NCBI GenBank assembly: GCA_037443105.1
Contig: JBBIOZ010000006.1
Location: 1 to 35,976, forward strand
Length of the DNA: 35,976 nucleotides
Reading direction: 5' to 3'
From: Methanocellales archaeon
GTDB lineage: Archaea > Halobacteriota > JAWCLZ01
How positions within the stretch are numbered: position 1 is the stretch's first letter; the number at the start of each line of letters is the position of its first letter. The position numbers and the translations under genes were made by a program. A model generated the notes under the pieces. That model was not told where the DNA came from, ran no database searches, and worked only from the letters and a program-made list of their open reading frames with translations. Of this stretch, positions 1 through 8,878 are shown piece by piece.

Positions 1-223
1 CTGAGTGGGTGAATTCTCGATCTTTAACTTCATAGGGATATTTTGAAAAAAGATAGATATCCTCTGAGCTATAACTCCGCGGCTTAGGTATTTGCAGAAT
101 ATCGTCTATGTAGTAAACCTTGGCGCGCCATTTTTCATAATCCTCGATAAGCTCGCTCAATTTATCCGTGCGCTTTAACCTATCCCTTCCCCTCGGGGTG
201 TAGTCTTTGAATTTTTCAAGCAT
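1..223 (-). CDS. hypothetical protein, N-terminal fragment (gene runs off the left window edge)
   Basis: The reverse strand has ATG at 223-221 followed by 74 sense codons with no stop down to position 1 (MLEKFKDYTPRGRDRLKRTDKLSELIEDYEKWRAKVYYIDD...). It is absent from the ORF track because the window edge truncates it. No family recognised. Confidence 0.4.
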   Translation of the reverse strand, partial: MLEKFKDYTPRGRDRLKRTDKLSELIEDYEKWRAKVYYIDDILQIPKPRSYSSEDIYLFSKYPYEVKDREFTHS

Positions 224-321
224 CTTAGTTTTAATTTATCCTCTATTTTAATATTTCCCAGCAAAAATGGATTAAAGCATGATTCTAGTTTTATATATTT
301 TGAAAAGCAAATTCATGGATA

Positions 322-1455
322 ATGAGGATATTTACCTACCCAAAACCAGCGAAATGCGCGCTTTGCGGCGAAAGCTCGCCTTTGATATCTGAGTTTTTAG
401 GCATCTGTGCAAACTGCATAAAAACCAAGTGGGATGAAAGCCTGCCCTATGTGAAGCGGGCTCATCAAATAAGCAGAGAGCGATTTAACCTCCCACCTGA
501 ACCACCAAGAGCAAGCAATGGCGCAAGCTGCGAGCTCTGCGTGAATAAATGCAAGATTTCAGCCGGCGAGACGGGATACTGCGGCTTAAGAGTGAATGAA
601 GCCGGGAAGCTCAAGCACATAGCTGGCACAGCAGAAAGAGGAATACTGGAGTGGTACTACGACCCTCTTCCCACGAACTGCGTGGCTAATGAAATCTGCC
701 CTGGATGCGCTGGCACAGGATATCCTAAATATTCCTACGCTGATCGTAAACCGGAGTATGGCTATAAAAACCTCGCTGTATTTTACGGCGCCTGCACATT
801 TAACTGCTTATTCTGCCAGAACTGGCACTATCGCTATCTCACAAACAAGCGTGCGCCGGTTTATTCAGCTCAAGAGCTGGCAGGCAAAGTTGATCCCTAT
901 ACCTCATGCATTTGCTACTTCGGAGGGGATCCAACGCCGCAGCTCCCGCATGCGATTCAAACATCTAAAATTGCTCTTGAAAGAAACAGGGATAAAATTC
1001 TTCGAATTTGCTTTGAATCAAATGGCAGCATGTCGCTGCCTCTCTGCAAACAAATCGCTGAGCTCTCGCTTGTGAGTGGTGGAAATATCAAATTCGACCT
1101 AAAAAGCTTTAACGAGCATTTAAACATCGCTCTATGCGGCGTTTCAAACAAGCAAACCCTCAGGAATTTCGAATATCTCGCTGAATTGGGTAAGGAGCGC
1201 AGAGAGCCAAAGTTTTTAACCGCAAGCACACTATTGATACCAGGCTACGTTGATGCGAGCGAAGTCGAGCAGATTTCAAAGTTCATTGCATCTCTAGACC
1301 CAGAAATACCTTATTCTCTGCTTGCTTTTTATCCTCAATTTTTCCTCACAAACCTCCCGACCACGCCGAGAAAACAGGCTGAGGAGTGCTTGCAAGCGGC
1401 GAAGAAAGCCGGGCTTAAAACAGTTTGGATTGGAAATATTCATCTACTGAGCTGA
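322..1455 (+). CDS. radical SAM enzyme, PflA/AmrS-like activase family
   Basis: 377-aa ORF. CTFNCLFCQNWHY is the CxxxCxxC radical-SAM [4Fe-4S] motif. The N-terminus has CxxC..CxxC zinc-ribbon-like cysteines (CALCGE..CANCIK), and the CELCVNKCKISAGETGYCGLRVN segment is typical of PflA/AmmeMemoRadiSam-type activases. Confidence 0.85.
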   Translation: MRIFTYPKPAKCALCGESSPLISEFLGICANCIKTKWDESLPYVKRAHQISRERFNLPPEPPRASNGASCELCVNKCKISAGETGYCGLRVNEAGKLKHIAGTAERGILEWYYDPLPTNCVANEICPGCAGTGYPKYSYADRKPEYGYKNLAVFYGACTFNCLFCQNWHYRYLTNKRAPVYSAQELAGKVDPYTSCICYFGGDPTPQLPHAIQTSKIALERNRDKILRICFESNGSMSLPLCKQIAELSLVSGGNIKFDLKSFNEHLNIALCGVSNKQTLRNFEYLAELGKERREPKFLTASTLLIPGYVDASEVEQISKFIASLDPEIPYSLLAFYPQFFLTNLPTTPRKQAEECLQAAKKAGLKTVWIGNIHLLS

Positions 1456-1477
1456 GAAAATAGGCAGAGGTGGTGAC

Positions 1478-2389
1478 TTGGACGCTGAGACTAAAAAATT
1501 AACTCCCTCTGACTTCGCTGCGATTACAGGAATGGCTTTCTTCCTTTTAACAGTTGAAGCTCTAGCTCTATTCCTTGTAGAGCCATTTCAAGAAAACAAT
1601 ATGCAGATCTTCGAAGAACCAACGTCGATCTGGAACCCACTTGCATATATAGTGATAATCCTCGGCTTCACTATCTTCATCTTAATAACCCTGAGATATG
1701 GAAAAAAATGGATGGTGCAGGCCTTCATTGGATTTGCTGTGGTGAGCACTCTTTTAATAATCTTCGATGTCTTCACCTCAAGAACACTTCCCCACTCTGT
1801 AGCTGCACCCGTAACTCTCGCGCTGACAGCTGCTTCAGCTGTGCTTCTCTATAAATACCCGGAGTGGTATGTTATAGATGCAGTAGGGATAATAATAGGC
1901 GCGGGAGCAGCGTCGCTATTCGGTATCTCCCTTGCTATAATTCCCACCATAATTCTGCTTCTAGCACTCGCAGTTTATGATGCAATCTCGGTTTACAAGA
2001 CCAAGCATATGATTAAACTGGCTGAGGGCATGCTTGCTCTTAAAATTCCAGTTCTACTCGTGGTACCTAAAAAGCGCCGTTATTCCTATAGAAGGCAGAC
2101 ATCGCTGGTTAAAACTGGAGAGCGCGAGGCATATTTCATGGGCCTTGGCGATGCAGTTATACCTGCCATTCTAGCGGTCTCAGCGAATATTTTCATAGAA
2201 GCTCCAACGATAATCGCGATGGTTAATTATCCAGCGCTCGGCGCAATGATTGGCTCGCTGATTGGCTTTGCAGCGCTTATGACCTTTGTTGTCAAGGGCA
2301 AACCCCACGCTGGTTTGCCGCTGCTCAACACCGGTGCAATCTCAGGTTTCTTGCTCGCGTGCCTAGCATCTGGAATCAATCCTTTTTAA
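1478..2389 (+). CDS. presenilin / signal-peptide-peptidase family intramembrane aspartyl protease (archaeal PSH-like)
   Basis: 303-aa polytopic membrane ORF with the two catalytic motifs YD (LAVYDAISVYK) and GLGD (FMGLGDAVIP), plus a downstream PAL motif (YPALGAM). TTG start preceded by GAGGTGGTGA. Confidence 0.8.
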   Translation: MDAETKKLTPSDFAAITGMAFFLLTVEALALFLVEPFQENNMQIFEEPTSIWNPLAYIVIILGFTIFILITLRYGKKWMVQAFIGFAVVSTLLIIFDVFTSRTLPHSVAAPVTLALTAASAVLLYKYPEWYVIDAVGIIIGAGAASLFGISLAIIPTIILLLALAVYDAISVYKTKHMIKLAEGMLALKIPVLLVVPKKRRYSYRRQTSLVKTGEREAYFMGLGDAVIPAILAVSANIFIEAPTIIAMVNYPALGAMIGSLIGFAALMTFVVKGKPHAGLPLLNTGAISGFLLACLASGINPF

Positions 2390-3360
2390 AAAGATTTTCT
2401 TGCGCTAGGCAGAAATTCCCGCTCTCTGCTTATAAGCGCCACCAGTTTGCTTTTAACCTCCTCGATTCCCTCGCCGGTTAGCGAGGACATCTTGAGTTCA
2501 GCGATACTCGGCTTTTCCTGCAATAAGTCAGCCTTATTTGCAACTACCAGCACTGGTACAGCGATGAGCTGTTTGATCTCAGCTAGGAGATTTAACTGAG
2601 CTTCTAAAGTATAACCGCAGGTTTCAGTTGGGTCTATTATGAAGAGAATCACATCTCCTATATGGCGAATGGCAGCAATCGCTTGTCTTTCAATTTGATT
2701 CCTCTCACTCAGCGGGCGGTCAAGTAACCCAGGGGTATCTATCACTTGATAGCGCCTTTTTCCGGCATAAAAATGTCCAACCATTATTCCCTTAGTGGTA
2801 AAGGGATACTCAGCGATCAATGGCTTGGCACTGCTAGCACGCGCGACAAAACTCGATTTACCCACGTTTGCATAGCCAGCAACTACGATGGTTGGCTCTT
2901 CAGAGATAGTTGGTATTCTCCGCAATTTTTCTCTGGCTTCAGCTAGAAACTCCAAGTCAGTGCTAATATCGCGAACAATCGAAGCCATTCTACCCATCGC
3001 TTGCCTCCTAACCTGAGATGGATCTTGGCTCTTGCGAATTTCCGCCACATATTTACGCGATAATTCTTTTATCTTCTTCCCCGCCCAGTCAACATTGTAT
3101 AGCGATTTCTTTAGCTTGTCAATCCCGGCTAGAATATCGGCAAGCTCTTTATAGAACGCTGGTAGCTTATCCAAGCTCGGGAACTTCCTTACAGTTAGGG
3201 ATAAATTATCTGCAAGTATATTGCCGGCCGTTAGTATGCTTGCCTTCTCAGCATCGCGAATCGAGTTTGAAATCTTACCCTTCCTTGCTCTCGCTGCTCT
3301 TCTGAATGCCTTATCTATGAGCTCCTGAGCGAGCAGTATGGATGGAATTTGCTTGAACAT
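2386..3360 (-). CDS. NOG1-family GTP-binding protein
   Basis: 324 aa. G1 is GYANVGKSS, G3 is DTPGLLDRP and G4 is NKADL. The helical N-terminal domain and overall length are typical of archaeal NOG1/Obg-like GTPases. Confidence 0.85.
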   Translation of the reverse strand: MFKQIPSILLAQELIDKAFRRAARARKGKISNSIRDAEKASILTAGNILADNLSLTVRKFPSLDKLPAFYKELADILAGIDKLKKSLYNVDWAGKKIKELSRKYVAEIRKSQDPSQVRRQAMGRMASIVRDISTDLEFLAEAREKLRRIPTISEEPTIVVAGYANVGKSSFVARASSAKPLIAEYPFTTKGIMVGHFYAGKRRYQVIDTPGLLDRPLSERNQIERQAIAAIRHIGDVILFIIDPTETCGYTLEAQLNLLAEIKQLIAVPVLVVANKADLLQEKPSIAELKMSSLTGEGIEEVKSKLVALISREREFLPSARKSF

Positions 3361-3362
3361 AT

Positions 3363-3734
3363 TTATTTAAAAACTGCTCTCACCTCTGGCTTGAAGAGAT
3401 ACCAGAGTATGAATATATTGATTAACGTGCCTATTGGGAAGTGAAGCAAGCCTATTACTGCAAAGACAACTGCTATCAACCAAGCCCATTCCTTCAGATT
3501 CCAGAGTCCCCAAGTAATGATGAGCACTGCGATGCCTATCAATATCAGCATGAACCCAGCTATAAAACTGAAGCCGGCGAGCAATGCAGGTATAAAATAA
3601 TGCCTCCAGCCTGCATAGGTGGCAACAGTTAGCATAGCTATGCCGCTGATCAAAAAAAATGCTGCATATAAACCATATAAGATGGAGAGAATTACAATGC
3701 CGCTAGGTTTCTCTTTTCCACTTGTCATCCTCAA
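3363..3734 (-). CDS. small integral membrane protein, function unknown
   Basis: 121-123 aa with about 4 hydrophobic helices. The ORF-track start at 3734 is TTG, and an in-frame ATG lies at 3728. No family recognised. Confidence 0.55.
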   Translation of the reverse strand: MRMTSGKEKPSGIVILSILYGLYAAFFLISGIAMLTVATYAGWRHYFIPALLAGFSFIAGFMLILIGIAVLIITWGLWNLKEWAWLIAVVFAVIGLLHFPIGTLINIFILWYLFKPEVRAVFK

Positions 3735-3774
3735 ACCTTTTAGCAGGCTTTGAATAAATTCTTTTCCGAGAGAT

Positions 3775-3800
3775 ATAAAATAAGAAAATAAGTAAAAGAA
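3775..3800 (-). terminator. oligo-T tract downstream of fwdC (candidate archaeal terminator, overlapping a TATA-like element for the next gene)
   Basis: The minus strand reads TTCTTTTACTTATTTTCTTATTTTATATCT immediately after the fwdC stop codon. Archaeal termination commonly uses oligo-T runs. Confidence 0.35.
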
Positions 3801-4574
3801 TTACTTCCTCACGTAGAGCGTGCCTTTTCCATCCACCGATAGATCGCCTGTGTATTTCAGATATTCCTTGCCCTCTATAACCTCTGTGCCTTCAAGTTTG
3901 AATGCAGGCAGCATTTCTAGGACTTTACCCTCGATTCTGATTTTCCCACCCCTCATCTCTCCCCCTGGAATTGTAGCATTGCCCTTTATTATGATCTCTC
4001 CACCGCTCATACTTAAACCAGCTAGGATACCTGCATTTCCGTGGATTTCGATTTTTCCGCCTGCCATTTTCTCGCCGCAGTAATCACCAGCATTGCCTTT
4101 GACTATAATTGTACCTCCAGTCATCCCCGTGGTCTCGCCGCGATATGCTGAGCCAATGTAGTTGCCCGCATCGCCATTTATTATTATTTCACCGCCTTTC
4201 ATTTCTCGCCCCACCCAAGCGTCGGCATTGCCATTTACTGAGATTGTACCTCCACTCATGAAAGCACCTAGATGCATATCAACATCGCCTTTGATGTCTA
4301 TTCTGCCTGCTGCCATTTTCTCTCCTATGCGTTTAACTCTTGGAAAGCTTCCATCTATCACTATGCATGTGTGCGCCACCTGTCCCTGGCCTTCGACTTT
4401 GACATCGAAGATATCGCCAATGGTTGCTGCTCTATTTCCAATATACACAGGAAGCGATTTGATCTCCGCTTGCGTTTTCCCGGCAAAGTTCTCAGGACTT
4501 ATAATTTCAGCCTCAATGGATATGTTCTCAATTCCCTTGGGCGTTAATGTTACCACGAATGTCATTGCACTCAC
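3801..4574 (-). CDS. fwdC: formylmethanofuran dehydrogenase subunit C
   Basis: 257 aa with iterated G-x-x-G-G/GNAG beta-helix repeats (ISVNGNAD, IIINGDAGNY, IIVKGNAGDY, IEIHGNAG, IIIKGNAT) characteristic of FwdC/FmdC. There is a 4-nt overlap with fwdA. Confidence 0.9.
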   Translation of the reverse strand: MSAMTFVVTLTPKGIENISIEAEIISPENFAGKTQAEIKSLPVYIGNRAATIGDIFDVKVEGQGQVAHTCIVIDGSFPRVKRIGEKMAAGRIDIKGDVDMHLGAFMSGGTISVNGNADAWVGREMKGGEIIINGDAGNYIGSAYRGETTGMTGGTIIVKGNAGDYCGEKMAGGKIEIHGNAGILAGLSMSGGEIIIKGNATIPGGEMRGGKIRIEGKVLEMLPAFKLEGTEVIEGKEYLKYTGDLSVDGKGTLYVRK

Positions 4575-6271
4575 GCTCCTGCTTTGATTTCATAGGGCTG
4601 CGTTAAATATCTCTCCTCCACTGGATAGCGGGATAGCGTGACTGAGTAGTATTTCTGGAATTTCTTCGCAATATCCTTCTCCACCTCTCTCATCAAAGAC
4701 TCATCAACCCTTGGATTTGTCCAGAAAGTCTTGCCCTCAACTATTTTTACTATTTCCCCATCCTTAACCACTACCTCGCCGCCTTTTATGGTGTACTTTG
4801 CTCTTGCAAATGCTCTCTCAACCTCTGCATATTGTTTCGAAGGATCAAGCTCTCTTGGCTTGATATCGTATACAGCTACATCGCCATCTGCTCCAATACC
4901 AAGATGTCCCTTCCCATACTTCACAAGTCCCAGCGCTTTGGCTTGGCCAGCTCTCGTTGTAATTGCAATTTCATTCCAGTCAAGTTCGCGTGTTATTGAG
5001 GGGAGAACTGCACGCTGATTGATGGCTGGGTGGCATTGCTTTATCATTTCCTCTCTATATTTAGCGCTCATCAGCAGTGCTATTACATTTGGATAGCCTG
5101 TGAATGGCCCGCCGTTGGGGTGATCTGTTTCCATCATCACCTTCCACTGATCCTTTATCAACAGGTTAAGCTCAAGTCCAATTGCCCACTGGATAGCTCC
5201 AACCGGACTCTTTGGGGAGTAGAAAACAGGGATAATTCCAGCTCCAGTTTCAAGCTCAACATCATTATTGCTCCACTTCCGCTTAGTCAAAACATATAAA
5301 TTGTATTCCATTGGTCCGTCAGCGGTCATAGTGGTGGTATCGCCGAATATCACCGCTCCAGTGTCAATTGTTATATTATCCGCTTTATTAACGTAGTCTG
5401 CGATTGCATCTGCTTTTGAAGCAAAGTCACGCCAGCTAGTTCCTCCATAGGAGTGAAATTGAGTATGCGTAGCATGCATTACCTGCCGCTCTTTATTCTT
5501 CAAATCCTTTACAACATCGTAGGTATCGAGCGTTACTGGATAATTCCCTGGGTGTCCCAAGCGGTTGCAGTGTATGTGAATGGAGTGCGGTAATCCTAAG
5601 AACTCATTTACCTCTGCCAAGCTTCTCACGATCTCAGCAGGGGTTACTCCGAAGTGCGGTGCTGGTTCGCGAATGCTGCTGACATTTTTACCCCAGCCCC
5701 AGGCCTCTACACCGGCTGGATTGACGATTTTAACTCCATAGCCCTTGGTGGCTCTTAAAAGCCAAGCTACAAATGCAATTAGTTTTTCCTTCTGCCCAGT
5801 TTTTATGTATTCAAAAACACTCCAGTTATTGCCCATCAGCGTGAGAGCACCCTTATCAACCATTGGAATATCCATGAGTTCTTCGTGGGTATGCCTCGCT
5901 GTTAGCGGAGGTTGAGCCGCTTCAAAAACTGTAGTGTAGCCCATTCTTGCATAGCGATATCCAGTTGCGAATGTGGAAACAACTGAATAGCCAGCTCCTG
6001 ATCTTGTAATATTGGTCTTCGGCTGAAGGCCTTTTCTGCCATCCTCAGGGCGCATGATTCTTCCAACGTTGACCTTTCCACCTGCAATGTGGGAGTGCAT
6101 ATCAACGCCGCCTGGCAATACCAAGCGCTCTTCAACATCGATTACCTTCGGTTCCTTAACTTTTTCAACGATCTTGCCATCTTTTATTGCAATGTCAAGC
6201 TTTTCGCCTTTTATATTGTTGATTGGGTCGTAAACAATTCCATTTTTAATCAATAGCTCGCTCATTTTCAC
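4571..6271 (-). CDS. fwdA: formylmethanofuran dehydrogenase subunit A (amidohydrolase-fold)
   Basis: 566 aa with an N-terminal LPGGVDMHSHIAGG metal-binding motif of the amidohydrolase superfamily. It sits between fwdB and fwdC with 4-nt overlaps on both sides. Confidence 0.92.
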   Translation of the reverse strand: MKMSELLIKNGIVYDPINNIKGEKLDIAIKDGKIVEKVKEPKVIDVEERLVLPGGVDMHSHIAGGKVNVGRIMRPEDGRKGLQPKTNITRSGAGYSVVSTFATGYRYARMGYTTVFEAAQPPLTARHTHEELMDIPMVDKGALTLMGNNWSVFEYIKTGQKEKLIAFVAWLLRATKGYGVKIVNPAGVEAWGWGKNVSSIREPAPHFGVTPAEIVRSLAEVNEFLGLPHSIHIHCNRLGHPGNYPVTLDTYDVVKDLKNKERQVMHATHTQFHSYGGTSWRDFASKADAIADYVNKADNITIDTGAVIFGDTTTMTADGPMEYNLYVLTKRKWSNNDVELETGAGIIPVFYSPKSPVGAIQWAIGLELNLLIKDQWKVMMETDHPNGGPFTGYPNVIALLMSAKYREEMIKQCHPAINQRAVLPSITRELDWNEIAITTRAGQAKALGLVKYGKGHLGIGADGDVAVYDIKPRELDPSKQYAEVERAFARAKYTIKGGEVVVKDGEIVKIVEGKTFWTNPRVDESLMREVEKDIAKKFQKYYSVTLSRYPVEERYLTQPYEIKAGA

Positions 6272-7569
6272 GCCCCCTTTGCCTTTAACTCTTTCACTTT
6301 TTCAAGGATCCTGCTTACTATCTCATAGTCCGAGAGCTTCTCACTTTCAATAAGCTTTGGTGCACGAATAGGTACAGCGTCCATTCTATAGGCTGTGCCC
6401 TCAGCTTCGACCCCCACTAAGGCTGGTGGAATTACAACGCTGGCTAGCTCCGTAGTGACATTTGGGGATGGATCGATTTGTATCACGGGAATCTTAGCCA
6501 TATGCGCCACACTCTTCTGTGGAAAGTGAGCAGCTGGATCGCTTGCGATCACAAACATAACATCCACTTCTCCTCTCTGAAGTAAATCATTGCTTGCTGT
6601 CTCGCCCGGGTTATAATATGGATAGCCTCTTGAGAAGTCCATTGCATATGGAAAGCCATATTCCCACGCTGCCACTTGACCTGCACCTGTGACGTTGTAG
6701 TGACCTCTCATCGGCGTTATGGTGAACTTAGTAATTGCGTTTAAATCATCGATGAGTTGAATTGCAACTTCGATATTCTTATATCTCCCTCGCGACATAG
6801 TTAAGCCAAGTCCAAAGTATATTGCTCCAAATTTTGCCTTCTTCATCCACTCAACCAATGTTTTTAATTGATCTTTTGACACGCCTCCTATTTTATCTGG
6901 CAAAATTGCTTCGTGGCCGCGTAAAATTGCTCTTATAGCTGAGATCACCGCATAGTCTTGATTTGGCTCTACCTGAACGAACATATCTGCTATATTTGCT
7001 GAGTTCGTCCTTCTCACATCCACAACTACCAGTTTGCGATCCTCTTTGCCCTTACTTCTGAAATAGCCTCTTGGGAATATTGAATATCGAGACATATGCC
7101 TAGGGTGAGCTTCCATTGGATTGCAGCCCCAGTAAATTATGAGGTCAGCTCTGTTCTTTATTTGACCTAGAGTTGCACCTGGTGCTCCAACACCTGCGAC
7201 TGCAACGATCGATGGACCGTGGCAAACTGATGCACATTGATCATATACACCCCCAACAGTTTCGCAAAGTTCCAAGCCTTTGCTAATTGATTCATTGCTT
7301 GTACTTGCCCAGCCATAGAGGAGCGGTCGCTTAGCGCCAGCTAGGAGCTTTGCAGCTTGAGCTATTGCTTCTTCGTAGGAAACTTTCTTCCACTCCCCAT
7401 TCTCCCTTATCATCGGCGCTTCAAATCTAGGATGGTGACCAGCTATTCTGCTGTAACCAAGTTTGCAGGCATTCTTGACTTTTGTGATCTTATTATCGCT
7501 CACCTCTACCAAGATGTCGTCACATAAACAGCCGCAGAAGCAGCAAACAGCTTCTTTTATCTCAACCAT
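6268..7569 (-). CDS. fwdB: formylmethanofuran dehydrogenase subunit B (molybdo/tungstopterin subunit)
   Basis: 433 aa with an N-terminal CCFCGCLCDD Fe-S motif and a MopB-type fold. The active-site region CASVCHGPS carries Cys, not Sec. Confidence 0.92.
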   Translation of the reverse strand: MVEIKEAVCCFCGCLCDDILVEVSDNKITKVKNACKLGYSRIAGHHPRFEAPMIRENGEWKKVSYEEAIAQAAKLLAGAKRPLLYGWASTSNESISKGLELCETVGGVYDQCASVCHGPSIVAVAGVGAPGATLGQIKNRADLIIYWGCNPMEAHPRHMSRYSIFPRGYFRSKGKEDRKLVVVDVRRTNSANIADMFVQVEPNQDYAVISAIRAILRGHEAILPDKIGGVSKDQLKTLVEWMKKAKFGAIYFGLGLTMSRGRYKNIEVAIQLIDDLNAITKFTITPMRGHYNVTGAGQVAAWEYGFPYAMDFSRGYPYYNPGETASNDLLQRGEVDVMFVIASDPAAHFPQKSVAHMAKIPVIQIDPSPNVTTELASVVIPPALVGVEAEGTAYRMDAVPIRAPKLIESEKLSDYEIVSRILEKVKELKAKGA

Positions 7570-7570
7570 T

Positions 7571-7954
7571 TCACTTCCCCCTGTATGTTGCTATCAGTTC
7601 TTTCATCGTAGGCGTTTTTTCAGCCGCTGGCATTATCTCTGCATCGATGCCTTTAAAGCCAGGCATCCCAACACCGCCAGTGTAGGGATTGGTCACCTTG
7701 TTAGCCCAAGGCCCCATCGGTATAAAGGCAATGTAATCCGGGTTGCCGTCGCATTTCCTTGCTTTTACAATTACTTCTCCGAATTCTGTTTTAACTTTAA
7801 CATCATCGCCATCTTTAACGCCTAGCATCTCCATCATTCTTGAGTTTAACTCACATCTCGCGACTGCAAAGAAATATTCATTTGAAGTTTTATTCTCAAC
7901 ATTGCTCCCTTGAATAATCGTTCTCCCGGAGATCAGTTTTACTTTGATAGCCAT
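7571..7954 (-). CDS. fwdD: formylmethanofuran dehydrogenase subunit D
   Basis: 127 aa molybdopterin-dinucleotide-binding barrel domain protein. It is the first gene of a D-B-A-C order, as in Methanosarcinales fwdDBAC operons. Confidence 0.88.
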   Translation of the reverse strand: MAIKVKLISGRTIIQGSNVENKTSNEYFFAVARCELNSRMMEMLGVKDGDDVKVKTEFGEVIVKARKCDGNPDYIAFIPMGPWANKVTNPYTGGVGMPGFKGIDAEIMPAAEKTPTMKELIATYRGK

Positions 7955-8085
7955 TCCTGACCCTCGCTTTTAAGGAAAATAGATGTATTTATTAAGTTTT
8001 CTATTTTTGATCAAAGTGGTAGAAGCTTCAAGATGGGAGTAATATAAATTGAAATCAACTTTCCAATTTAAAACCAAAAAAGTTA

Positions 8086-8106
8086 AGTAGAAAGTAGAAA
8101 GTAGAA
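8086..8106 (+). repeat. three perfect tandem copies of AGTAGAA immediately upstream of the vapB-like start codon
   Basis: AGTAGAA AGTAGAA AGTAGAA at 8086-8106, followed by AAGA and ATG at 8111. Confidence 0.9.
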
Positions 8107-8110
8107 AAGA

Positions 8111-8377
8111 ATGATGAAAGTTTGCAGTGTTAAAATTGGAACAGAGGCGAGGCTCACCCTAGACCGAATGAAGGCTGGCCTAGCGAAAAAAGGACTCAGG
8201 TTAACCAATCAACGGATAATGGAACTTGCTCTTGAGTATGCCAGCGAGCATCTTGATGAACTAATAGATTATATAATGAGCGAAGGCGAGGAAATGCGAA
8301 AGATGCTCGCAAATCCCAAAAGATGGGGAGTTTCAACTTCTCCCGAAGAGATAAACCAGCGCTTGTATAGATTATGA
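8111..8377 (+). CDS. putative antitoxin (VapB-like partner of the PIN toxin)
   Basis: 88-aa ORF whose stop overlaps the start of the PIN-domain gene in an ATGA. Size and position are typical of a type II antitoxin. The fold family was not recognised from sequence. Confidence 0.6.
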   Translation: MMKVCSVKIGTEARLTLDRMKAGLAKKGLRLTNQRIMELALEYASEHLDELIDYIMSEGEEMRKMLANPKRWGVSTSPEEINQRLYRL

Positions 8378-8781
8378 GCATAATAATAGATACCTCAGCC
8401 ATAGTTGCAGCTAGGAATAGCGATGATAAAAATCATAAAATAGCGGTAGCCATCTTTGAAGATATAATAGGTGGCATTTATGGCACTGCAATTATAAGCG
8501 ACCTAATTTTGAGCGAAGCGATCTCCTACGCCTACGTGGCTACCAAGAATAAAAATATCGCTCTAGACATTGCAAAATTCGCTCAAACAAAGCCTATTAA
8601 ACTGTTCTTCCTGGGACCGGCTGATATAGATCTGGCACTTGAGCTGTATCAGCAGTACTTCGACTCTGAATTGAGCTTCATCGACTGCACCACAATTGCA
8701 CTGATGAAGCGCCTTCGAATAGAAGCAATATTCACATTCGACCGGGAATTCATAGGAATAGTGAAGACAGTTGGGGTGTAA
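8374..8781 (+). CDS. vapC: PIN-domain ribonuclease toxin, VapC-like
   Basis: 135 aa. The N-terminal IIDTSAIVA contains the first PIN acidic residue, and the C-terminal FIDCT...TFDREF contains the distal acidic residues. There is a 4-nt overlap with the upstream small ORF. Confidence 0.8.
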   Translation: MSIIIDTSAIVAARNSDDKNHKIAVAIFEDIIGGIYGTAIISDLILSEAISYAYVATKNKNIALDIAKFAQTKPIKLFFLGPADIDLALELYQQYFDSELSFIDCTTIALMKRLRIEAIFTFDREFIGIVKTVGV

Positions 8782-8878
8782 TTTTATATCATAATTACAT
8801 CATCATTATTTACCAAATATTTTTATATCTCAATCTACAAAATTTATCTAAGCCTTTCTGAACTTAGGTGGGCGTAGT

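Noticed and set aside
322-2389. Radical SAM enzyme adjacent to an intramembrane protease, considered as a possible peptide-maturation (RiPP-like) pair
   Set aside because: The radical SAM protein looks like a PflA/AmrS-type activase with no SPASM or RiPP-recognition features. No precursor peptide ORF is visible, and both genes are common archaeal housekeeping families.
2383-2392. Palindrome TTTTTAAAAA containing the overlapping stop codons of the convergent presenilin-like and NOG1 genes
   Set aside because: It is real but is a trivial consequence of two TAA stops overlapping on opposite strands. No further structure.
3820-4587. Three + strand ORFs (3820-4083, 4162-4587, 4272-4547) antisense to fwdC
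   Set aside because: They are Pro/Ser/Ile-rich mirror images of the Gly-rich beta-helix repeats of fwdC and lie entirely inside a well-supported gene. No independent start signals or motifs.
7210-7240. Checked fwdB for a selenocysteine (TGA) at the active-site position
   Set aside because: The ORF is uninterrupted and the region reads CASVCHGPS with Cys. It is a Cys-type enzyme.
8111-8117. AUGAUGA at the vapB start resembles a C-box of a C/D box sRNA
   Set aside because: It is simply the ATG ATG start of a coding ORF. There is no properly spaced D box or terminal stem.
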